Below are positions 1 to 10,975 of a DNA stretch of 64,000 bases, in pieces. Under the pieces are notes generated by a model, which saw only the letters and a list, made by a program, of their open reading frames with translations, had not been told where the DNA came from and did no database searches. Origin of the DNA: Eledone cirrhosa (Eukaryota). Numbering within the stretch: position 1 is the stretch's first letter; each line of letters opens with the position of its first letter. The DNA lies in the NCBI GenBank assembly GCA_964016885.1, contig OZ024741.1, forward strand, positions 256,990,001 through 257,054,000, given 5' to 3'. The translations under genes were made by a program, and so were the position numbers.

Positions 1-960
1 TTTACGGATGTTTCGACATACGAGTGTTTTGACTTACGATGTTTCGACTTACGAGTGTTTCGACTTACGAGTGTTTCGACTTACGGGTGTTTCGACTTAC
101 GAGTGTTTCAACTTACGAGTGTTTCGACTTACGAATGTTTCGACTTACGGGTGTTTCGGCTTACGAGTGTTTCGACTTACGAGTGTTCTGACTTACGAGT
201 GTTCTGACTTACGAGTGTTCCGGCTTACGAGTTTTTCGACTTACGAGTGTTTCGACTTACGAGTGTTTCGACTTACGAGTGTTTCGGCTTACGAGTGGTT
301 TGACTTACGAGTGTTCTTACTACGAGTGTTCTGACTTACGAATGTTTCGGCTTATGAGTGTTTCGACTTACGAGTGTTTCGGTTTATGAGTGTTTCGACT
401 TACGAGTGTTTCGGCTTACGAGTGTTTGGACTTACCAGTGTTTCGACTTACGGGTGTTTCGACTTACGAGTGTTTCGTCTACGAGTGTTTCGGCTTACGA
501 GTGTTTCGACATACGGGTGTTTCGACTTACGGTGTTTCGGCTTACGAGTGTTTCGACTTACGAGTGTTCTGACTTACGAGTGTTCTGACTTATGAGTGTT
601 CTGACTTACGAGTGTTCCGACTTACGAGTGTTTCGGCTTACGAGTGTTTCGACTTACGAGTGTTTCGACTTACGAGTGTTTCGACTTATGAGTGTTTTGA
701 CTTACGGTGTTTCGGCTTACGAGTGTTTCGACTTACGAGTGTTTTGACTTACTGGTGTTTTGACATACGAGTGTTTCGATACGAGTGTTTCGACTTACGA
801 GTGTTCTGACTTACGAGTGTTCTGACTTACGAGTGTTCTGACTTACGAGTGTTCTAACTTACGAGTGTTCTGACTTACGAGTGTTCTGACTTACGAGTGT
901 TCCGACTTACGAGTGTTTCGGCTCACGAGTGTTTCGGCTTACGAGTGTTTCGACTTACGA

Positions 961-1029
961 AAATAACAAATAGACGCGGTTTCAAATCCCTATGCTTTTC
1001 AAATTCAGTACATTAATCTTTATTCATAC
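961..1029. repeat. AT-rich island, subtype A
   Basis: AAATAACAAATAGACGCGGTTTCAAATCCCTATGCTTTTCAAATTCAGTACATTAATCTTTATTCATAC interrupts a monomer after GACTTACGA. Confidence 0.97.
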
Positions 1030-3373
1030 GTTTCGCTTTACGAGTGTTTCGACTTACGAGTGTTTCGACTTACGAGTGTTTCGGCTTACGAGTGTTTTGA
1101 CTTACGAGTGTTTTGACTTACATGTGTTTCGACTTACGCGTGTTTCGACTTACGAGTGTTTCGACTTGCGAGTGTTTCGACTACGAGTGTTTCGACTTAC
1201 GAATGTTTTGACTTACGGATGTTTTGACTTACGGGTGTTTCGGCTTACGAGTGTTTCGACTTACGAGTGTTCTGACTTACGAGTGTTCTGACTTACGAGT
1301 GTTCTGACTTACGAGTGTTCCGACTTACGAGTGTTTCGACTTAAGAGTGTTTCGGATTACGAGTGCTTCGACTTACGAGTGTTTCGGCTTACGAGTGTTT
1401 CGACTTACTAATGTTTTTACTTACGAGTGTTTCGGCGTACGAGTGTTTCCACTTACGAGTGTTTCGACTTACGGGTGTTTTGACTTACGGGTGTTTCGGC
1501 TTACGAGTGTTTCGACTTACGAGTGTTTTGACTTAAGGGTGTTTCGACTTACGAGTATTTTTGGCTTACGAGTGTTTCGACTTACGAGTGTTTTGACTTA
1601 CGAGTGTTCTAATTTACAGATGTTTCGACATACGAGTGTTTTGACTTACGAGTGTTTCGACTTATGAGTGTTTCGACTTACGAGTGTTTCGGCTTACGAG
1701 TGGTTTGACTTACGAGTGTTCTGACTACGAGTGTTTTGACTTACGAGTGTTTCGGCTTATGAGTGTTTCGACTTACGAGTGTTTCGGTTTACGAGTGTTT
1801 CGACTTACGAGTGTTTCGACTTACGAGTGTTTCGACTTACGAGTGATTCGACCACGAGTGTTTCGACTTACGAGTGTTTCGGCTTACGAGGGTTTCGACA
1901 TACGGGTGTTTCGACTTACGATGTTTCGGCTTACGAGTGTTTCGACTTACGAGTGTTCTGACTTACGGGTGTTTCGACTTACTGGTGTTTCGACTTAAGA
2001 GTGTTTCGACTTACGAGCGCTTCGACTTACGAGTGTTCTGACTTACGAGTGTTCCGACTTACGAGTGTTTCGGCTTACGAGTGTTTCGGCTTACTAATGT
2101 TTTTACTTACGAGTGTTTCGGTGTACGAGTGTTTCGACTTAAGGATGTTTCGACTTACGAGTGTTTCGACTTACGAGTGTTTCGACTTACGAGTGTTTCG
2201 ACTTACGAGTGTTTCGACTTACGAGTTTTTTGGCTTACGAAGGTTTTGACTTACGGGTGTTTCGACTTACGGGTGTTTCGGCTTACGAGTGTTTCGACTT
2301 ACGAGTGTTTTGACTTACGAGTGTTCTGACTTACGAGTGTTCCGACTTACGAGTGTTCCGACTTACGAGTGTTTCGGCTTAAGAGTGTTTCGGCTTACGA
2401 ATGTTTCGGCTTACGAGTGTTTTGACTTACGAGTGTTCTGACTACGAGTGTTCTGACTTACGGGTGTTCTGACTTACGAGTGTTCCGACTTACGAGAGTT
2501 TCGGCTAATGAGTGTTTCGACTTACGGGCGTTTCGACTTACGGGTGTTTCGACTTACGAGTGTTTTGACTTACGAGTGTTCTGACTTACGAGTGTTCTGA
2601 CTTACGAGTGTTCCGACTTACGACTGTTTCGACTTACGAGTGTTTTGACTTACGAGTGTTCCGACTTACGATTGTTTCGGCTTACGGGTGTTTCGACGTA
2701 CGAGTATTTTTGGCTTACGAGTGTTTCGACTTACGAGTGTTTTGAATTACGATTGTTTCGGCTTACGAGTGTTTCGACTTACGAGTATTTCGACTTACGA
2801 GTTTTTTTACTTACGGTGTTTCGGCTTACGAGTGTTTCGACTTATGAGTGTTTCGACTTACGAGTGTTCTGACTTACGAGTGTTCTGACTTGCGAGTGTT
2901 CCGACTTACGAGTGTTTCGGCTTACGAGTGTTTCGACATACGAGTGTTTTGACTTACGGATGTTTCGACTTACGGGTGTTTCGACTTACGAGTGTTTCGA
3001 CTTACGAGTGTTCTGACTGCGAGTGTTCTGACTTACGGGTGTTTCGACTTACGTGTGTTTCGACTTACGAGTGTTCCGACCTACGAGGTTTTCAGCTTAC
3101 GGGTGTTCCGGCTTATGAGTATTTTCGGCTTACGTGTGTTTCGACTTACGAGTGTTTTGACTTACGATTGTTTCGGCTTACGAGTGTTTCGACTTACGAG
3201 TGTTTCGACTTACGAGTGTTTTGACTTACGGGTGTTTTGACATACGAGTGTTTCGACACGAGTGTTCTGACTTAAGAGTGTTCTGACTTACGAGTGTTCT
3301 GACTTACGAGTGTTCTGACTTACGAGTGTTCTGACTTACGAGTGTTCTGACTTACGAGTGTTTCGACTTACGA

Positions 3374-3442
3374 AAATAACAAATAGACGCGGTTTCAAAT
3401 CTCTATGCTTTTCAAGTTCATTACATTAATCTTTATTTATAC
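3374..3442. repeat. AT-rich island, subtype B
   Basis: Diagnostic sequence ...AATCTCTATGCTTTTCAAGTTCATTACATTAATCTTTATTTATAC. Confidence 0.97.
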
Positions 3443-6400
3443 GTTTCGCTTTACGAATGTTTCGACTTACGAGTGTTTCGACTTACGAGTGTTTCCACTT
3501 ACGAGTGTTCTGACTTACGAGTGTTCTGACTTACGAGTGTTCCGACTTACGAGTGTTTCGACTTACGAGTGTTTTGGCTTACGAGTGTTTTGACTTAAGG
3601 GTGTTTCGACTTACGAGTGTTTCGATACGAGTGTTTCGACTTACGAGTGTTTCGGCTTACGAGTGTTTCGACTTACGAGTGTTTCGACTTACGAGTGTTC
3701 TGATTTACGGATGTTTCGACATACGAGTGTTTCGACTTACGATTGTTTCGACTTACGAGTGTTTTGACATACGGGTGTTTTGACATACGAGTGTTTCGAT
3801 ACGAGTGTTTCGACTTACGAGTGTTCTGACTTACGAGTGTTCTGACTTACGAGTGTTCTGACTTACGAGTGTTCCGACTTACGAGTGTTCCGACTTACGA
3901 GTGTTCTGACTTACGAGTGTTCTGACTTACGAGTGTTCCGGCTTACGAGTTTTCGACTTACGAGTGTTTCGACTTACGAGTGTTTCGGCTTACAAGTGTT
4001 TCGGCTTACGAGTGGTTTGACTTACGAGTGTTCTGACTACGAGTGTTCTGTCTTACGAGTGTTTCGACTTACGAGTGTTTCGGCTTATGAGTGTTTCGAC
4101 TTACGAGTGTTTCGGCTTACGAGTGTTTCGACTTACGAGTGTTTCGACTTACGGGTGTTTCGACTTACGAGTGTTTCGACTACGAATGTTTCGACTTACG
4201 AGTGTTTCGGCTTACGAGTGTTTCGACTTATGGGTGTTTCGACTTACGAGTGTTTTTACTTACGGTGTTTCGGCTTACGAGTGTTTCGACATACGAGTGT
4301 TTTGACTTACGGGTGTTTCGACTTACGAGTGTTTCAACTTACGAATGTTTTGACTTACGGGTGTTTCGGCTTACGAGTGTTTCGATTTATGAGTGTTTCG
4401 GCTTACGAGTGTTTCGACTTACTAATGTTTTTACTTACGAGTGTTTCGGCGTACGAGAGTTTTGACTTACGAGTGTTTCTACTTACGAGTGTTTCGACTT
4501 ACGAGTGTTTTGACTTACGAATGTTTTGACTTACGGGTGTTTCGGCTTACGAGTGTTTCGACTTACGAGTCTTTCGGCTTACGAGTGTTTCTACTTACTA
4601 ATGTTTTTACTTACGAGTGTTTCGGCGTACGAGTGTTTCGACTTACGAGTGTTTCGACTTACGGGTGTTTTGACTTACGGGTGTTTCGGCTTACGAGTGT
4701 TTCGACTTACGAGTGTTTTGACTTAAGGGTGTTTCGACTTACGAGTATTTTTGGCTTACGAAGGTTTTGACTTACGGGTGTTTCGACTTACGGGTGTTTC
4801 GGCTTACGTGTGTTTCGACTTACGAGTGTTTTGACTTACGAGTGTTTCGGCTTATGAGTGTTTCGACTTACGAGTGTTTCGGTTTACGAGTGTTTCGACT
4901 TACGAGTGTTTCGACTTACGAGTGTTTCGACTTACGAGTGATTCGACCACGAGTGTTTCGACTTACGAGTGTTTCGGCTTACGAGTGTTTCGACATACGG
5001 GTGTTTCGACTTACGATGTTTCGGCTTACGAGTGTTTCGACTTACGAGTGTTCTGACTTACGGGTGTTTCGACTTACTGGTGTTTCGACTTAAGAGTGTT
5101 TCGACTTACGAGCGCTTCGACTTACGAGTGTTCTGACTTACGAGTGTTCCGACTTACGAGTGTTTCGGCTTACGAGTGTTTCGGCTTACTAATGTTTTTA
5201 CTTACGAGTGTTTCGGTGTACGAGTGTTTCGACTTAAGGATGTTTCGACTTACGAGTGTTTCGACTTACGAGTGTTTCGACTTACGAGTGTTTCGACTTA
5301 CGAGTGTTTCGACTTACGAGTTTTTTGGCTTACGAAGGTTTTGACTTACGGGTGTTTCGACTTACGGGTGTTTCGGCTTACGAGTGTTTCGACTTACGAG
5401 TGTTTTGACTTACGAGTGTTCTGACTTACGAGTGTTCCGACTTACGAGTGTTCCGACTTACGAGTGTTTCGGCTTAAGAGTGTTTCGGCTTACGAATGTT
5501 TCGGCTTACGAGTGTTTTGACTTACGAGTGTTCTGACTACGAGTGTTCTGACTTACGGGTGTTCTGACTTACGAGTGTTCCGACTTACGAGAGTTTCGGC
5601 TAATGAGTGTTTCGACTTACGGGCGTTTCGACTTACGGGTGTTTCGACTTACGAGTGTTTTGACTTACGAGTGTTCTGACTTACGAGTGTTCTGACTTAC
5701 GAGTGTTCCGACTTACGACTGTTTCGACTTACGAGTGTTTTGACTTACGAGTGTTCCGACTTACGATTGTTTCGGCTTACGGGTGTTTCGACGTACGAGT
5801 ATTTTTGGCTTACGAGTGTTTCGACTTACGAGTGTTTTGAATTACGATTGTTTCGGCTTACGAGTGTTTCGACTTACGAGTATTTCGACTTACGAGTTTT
5901 TTTACTTACGGTGTTTCGGCTTACGAGTGTTTCGACTTATGAGTGTTTCGACTTACGAGTGTTCTGACTTACGAGTGTTCTGACTTGCGAGTGTTCCGAC
6001 TTACGAGTGTTTCGGCTTACGAGTGTTTCGACATACGAGTGTTTTGACTTACGGATGTTTCGACTTACGGGTGTTTCGACTTACGAGTGTTTCGACTTAC
6101 GAGTGTTCTGACTGCGAGTGTTCTGACTTACGGGTGTTTCGACTTACGTGTGTTTCGACTTACGAGTGTTCCGACCTACGAGGTTTTCAGCTTACGGGTG
6201 TTCCGGCTTATGAGTATTTTCGGCTTACGCGTGTTTCGACTTACGAGTGTTTTGACTTACGATTGTTTCGGCTTACGAGTGTTTCGACTTACGAGTGTTT
6301 CGACTTACGAGTGTTTTGACTTACGGGTGTTTTGACATACGAGTGTTTCGACACGAGTGTTCTGACTTAAGAGTGTTCTGACTTACGAGTGTTCTGACTT

Positions 6401-6468
6401 ACGAGTGTTCTGACTTACGAGTGTTCTGACTTACGAGTGTTCTGAATTACGAGTGTTTCGACTTACGA

Positions 6469-6537
6469 AAATAACAAATAGACGCGGTTTCAAATCTCTA
6501 TGCTTTTCAAGTTCATTACATTAATCTTTATTTATAC
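6469..6537. repeat. AT-rich island, subtype B
   Basis: Same sequence as the 3374 copy, at +3,095. Confidence 0.97.
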
Positions 6538-7074
6538 GTTTCGCTTTACGAATGTTTCGACTTACGAGTGTTTCGACTTACGAGTGTTTCCACTTACGAG
6601 TGTTCTGACTTACGAGTGTTCTGACTTACGAGTGTTCCGACTTACGAGTGTTTCGACTTACGAGTGTTTTGGCTTACGAGTGTTTTGACTTAAGGGTGTT
6701 TCGACTTACGAGTGTTTCGATACGAGTGTTTCGACTTACGAGTGTTTCGGCTTACGAGTGTTTCGACTTACGAGTGTTTCGACTTACGAGTGTTCTGATT
6801 TACGGATGTTTCGACATACGAGTGTTTCGACTTACGATTGTTTCGACTTACGAGTGTTTTGACATACGGGTGTTTTGACATACGAGTGTTTCGATACGAG
6901 TGTTTCGACTTACGAGTGTTCTGACTTACGAGTGTTCTGACTTACGAGTGTTCTGACTTACGAGTGTTCTGACTTACGAGTGTTCCGACTTACGAGTGTT
7001 CCGACTTACGAGTGTTCTGACATACGAGTGTTCTGACTTACGAGTGTTCCGGCTTACGAGTTTTCGACTTACGA

Positions 7075-10000
7075 GTGTTTCGACTTACGAGTGTTTCGGC
7101 TTACAAGTGTTTCGGCTTACGAGTGGTTTGACTTACGAGTGTTCTGACTACGAGTGTTCTGTCTTACGAGTGTTTCGACTTACGAGTGTTTCGGCTTATG
7201 AGTGTTTCGACTTACGAGTGTTTCGGCTTACGAGTGTTTCGACTTACGAGTGTTTCGACTTACGGGTGTTTCGACTTACGAGTGTTTCGACTACGAATGT
7301 TTCGACTTACGAGTGTTTCGGCTTACGAGTGTTTCGACTTATGGGTGTTTCGACTTACGAGTGTTTTTACTTACGGTGTTTCGGCTTACGAGTGTTTCGA
7401 CATACGAGTGTTTTGACTTACGGGTGTTTCGACTTACGAGTGTTTCAACTTACGAATGTTTTGACTTACGGGTGTTTCGGCTTACGAGTGTTTCGATTTA
7501 TGAGTGTTTCGGCTTACGAGTGTTTCGACTTACTAATGTTTTTACTTACGAGTGTTTCGGCGTACGAGAGTTTTGACTTACGAGTGTTTCTACTTACGAG
7601 TGTTTCGACTTACGAGTGTTTTGACTTACGAATGTTTTGACTTACGGGTGTTTCGGCTTACGAGTGTTTCGACTTACGAGTCTTTCGGCTTACGAGTGTT
7701 TCTACTTACTAATGTTTTTACTTACGAGTGTTTCGGCGTACGAGTGTTTCGACTTACGAGTGTTTCGACTTACGGGTGTTTTGACTTACGGGTGTTTCGG
7801 CTTACGAGTGTTTCGACTTACGAGTGTTTTGACTTAAGGGTGTTTCGACTTACGAGTATTTTTGACTTACGAGTGTTTCGACTTACGAGTGTTTTGACTT
7901 ACGAGTGTTCTAATTTACGGATGTTTCGACATACGAGTGTTTTGACTTACGAGTGTTTCGACTTATGAGTGTTTCGACTTACGAGTGTTTCGGCTTACGA
8001 GTGGTTTGACTTACGAGTGTTCTGACTACGAGTGTTTTGACTTACGAGTTTTTCGGCTTATGAGTGTTTCGACTTACGAGTGTTTCGGCTTATGAGTGTT
8101 TCGACTTACGTGTGTTTCGGTTTACGAGTGTTTCGACTTACGAGTGTTTCGACTTACGGGTGTTTCGACTTACGAGTGTTTCGACTACGAGTGTTTCGAC
8201 TTACGAGTGTTTCGGCTTATGAGTGTTTCGACATACGGGTGTTTCGACTTACGATGTTTCGGCTTACGAGTGTTTCGACTTACGAGTATTCTGACTTACG
8301 GGTGTTTCGACTTACGGGTGTTTCGACTTAAGAGTGTTTCGACTTACGAGCGCTTCGACTTACGAGTGTTCTGACTTACGAGTGTTCCGACTTACGAGTG
8401 TTTCGGCTTACGAGTGTTTCGACTTACGAGTGTTCCGGCTTACGCGTGTTTCGACTTACGAGTGTTTCGGCTTATGAGTGTTTCGACTTACGAGTGCTTC
8501 GGCTTACGAGTGTTTCGACTTACGAGTGTTTCGGCTTACGAGAGTTTCGACTTACGAATGTTTTGGCTTACGAGTGTTTCGGCTTACGAGTGTTTCGACT
8601 TACGGGTGTTTCGACTTACGGGTGTTCCGACTTAAGAGTGATTCGACTTACGAGCGCTTCGACTTACGAGTGTTCCGACTTACGAGTGTTTCTGCTTACG
8701 AGTGTTTCGACTTACGAGTGTTTCGGCTTACAAGTGTTTCGGCTTACGAGTGGTTTGACTTACGAGTGTTCTGACTACGAGTGTTTCGACTTACGAGTGT
8801 TCCGGCTTACGCGTGTTTCGACTTACGAGTGTTTCGGCTTATGAGTGTTTCGACTCACGAGTGTTTCGGCTTACGAGTGTTTCGACTTACGAGTGTTTCG
8901 ACTTACGGGTGTTTCGACTTACGAGTGTTTCGACTACGAATGTTTCGACTTACGAGTGTTTCGGCTTACGAGTGTTTCGACTTATGGGTGTTTCGACTTA
9001 CGAGTGTTTTTACTTACGGTGTTTCGGCTTCCGAGTGTTTCGACATACGAGTGTTTTGACTTACGGGTGTTTCGACTTACGAATGTTTTGACTTACGGGT
9101 GTTTCGGCTTACGATTGTTTCGATTTATGAGTGTTTCGGCTTACGAGTGTTTCGACTTACTAATGTTTTTACTTACGAGTGTTTCGGCGTACGAGAGTTT
9201 TGACTTACGAGTGTTTCTACTTACGAGTGTTTCGACTTACGAGTGTTTTGACTTACGAATGTTTTGACTTACGGGTGTTTCGGCTTACGAGTGTTTCGAC
9301 TTTCGAGTCTTTCGGCTTACGAGTGTTTCGACTTACTAATGTTTTTACTTACGAGTGTTTCGGCGTACGAGTGTTTCGACTTACGAGTGTTTCGACTTAC
9401 GGGTGTTTTGACTTACGGGTGTTTCGGCTTACGAGTGTTTCGACTTACGAGTGTTTTGACTTAAGGGTGTTTCGACTTACGAGTATTTTTGGCTTACGAG
9501 TGTTTCGACTTACGAGTGTTTCGACTTACGAGTGTTCTAATTTACGGATGTTTCGACATACGAGTGTTTTGACTTACGAGTGTTTCGACTTATGAGTGTT
9601 TCGACTTACGAGTGTTTCGGCTTACGAGTGGTTTGACTTACGAGTGTTCTGACTACGAGTGATTTGACTTACGAGTGTTTCGGCTTATGAGTGTTTCGAC
9701 TTACGAGTGTTTCGGCTTATGAGTGTTTCGACTTACGTGTGTTTCGGTTTACGAGTGTTTCGACTTACGAGTGTTTCGACTTACGGGTGTTTCGACTTAC
9801 GAGTGTTTCGACTACGAGTGTTTCGACTTACGAGTGTTTCGGCTTACGAGTGTTTCGACATACGGGTGTTTCGACTTACGATGTTTCGGCTTACGAGTGT
9901 TTCGACTTACGAGTATTCTGACTTACGGGTGTTTCGACTTATGGGTGTTTCGACTTAAGAGTGTTTCGACTTACGAGCGCTTCGACTTACGAGTGTTCTG

Positions 10001-10340
10001 ACTTACGAGTGTTCCGACTTACGAGTGTTTCGGCTTACGAGTGTTTCGACTTACGAGTGTTCCGGCTTACGCGTGTTTCGACTTACGAGTGTTTCGGCTT
10101 ATGAGTGTTTCGACTTACGAGTGCTTCGGCTTACGAGTGTTTCGACTTACGAGTGTTTCGGCTTACGAGAGTTTCGACTTACGAATGTTTTGGCTTACGA
10201 GTGTTTCGGCTTACGAGTGTTTCGACTTACGGGTGTTTCGACTTACGGGTGTTCCGACTTAAGAGTGATTCGACTTACGGGCGCTTCGACTTACGAGTGT
10301 TCCGACTTACGAGTGTTTCTGCTTACGAGTGTTTCGACTT
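7075..10340 (+). repeat. Nested 1,627-bp tandem duplication (present in units 1-4, begun in unit 6, collapsed in unit 5); boundaries approximate
   Basis: The TTACAAG marker is at 7101 and 8728. Landmarks recur as 7552->9179, 8080->9707 and 47893->49520. Confidence 0.9.
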
Positions 10341-10544
10341 ACGAATGTTTCGACTTACGAGTGTTTCGGCTTACGAGTGTTTCGACTTACTAATGTTTTT
10401 ACTTACGAGTGTTTCGGCGTACGAGTGTTTCGACTTACGAGTGTTTCGGCTTACGAGTGTTTCGACTTACGAGTGTTTTTACTTAAGGGTGTTTCGACTT
10501 ACGAGTATTTTTGGCTTACGAGTGTTTCGACTTACGAGTGTTTT

Positions 10545-10975
10545 GACTTACGAGTGTTCTGATTTACGAATGTTTCGACATACGAGTGTTTTGACTTACG
10601 ATGTTTCGACTTACGAGTGTTTCGACTTACGAGTGTTCTGACTTACGAGTGTTCTGACTTACGAGTGTTCCGGCTTACGAGTTTTTCGACTTACGAGTGT
10701 TTCGACTTACGAGTGTTTCGACTTACGAGTGTTTCGGCTTACGAGTGGTTTGACTTACGAGTGTTCTGATTTACGAATGTTTCGACATACGAGTGTTTTG
10801 ACTTACGATGTTTCGACTTACGAGTGTTTCGACTTACGAGTGTTCTGACTTACGAGTGTTCTGACTTACGAGTGTTCCGGCTTACGAGTTTTTCGACTTA
10901 CGAGTGTTTCGACTTACGAGTGTTTCGACTTACGAGTGTTTCGGCTTACGAGTGGTTTGACTTACGAGTGTTCTG
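10545..10975 (+). repeat. 207-bp (13-monomer) local tandem duplication, units 1-3
   Basis: GATTTACGAATGTTTCGACATACG occurs at 10561 and 10768, followed by the same string of variants. Confidence 0.88.

Larger units (their letters stand above)
1727..7860 (+). repeat. Nested 3,095-bp tandem duplication inside the 14.5-kb HOR (also at +14,489 and +28,978); boundaries approximate
   Basis: Landmarks recur at +3,095 (2001->5096, 2645->5740, 3405->6500), then at +3,111 after an extra monomer near 6960. Confidence 0.93.

Noticed and set aside
961-1029. Island as an independently inserting mobile element, tRNA or SINE
   Set aside because: No TIRs, poly(A) tail, A/B boxes or cloverleaf are evident. 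The possible TACG duplication is equivocal. All 19 copies share the same flanks, indicating one origin followed by segmental duplication.
992-1291. ORFs starting at the island ATG (MLFKFSTLIFIHTF... / MLFKFITLIFIYTF...) resembling a hydrophobic leader
   Set aside because: Only ~13 codons of T-rich island precede satellite sequence. ORF length varies by subtype (99 aa, 62 aa, under 60 aa in C), and hydrophobicity is expected from T-rich codons.
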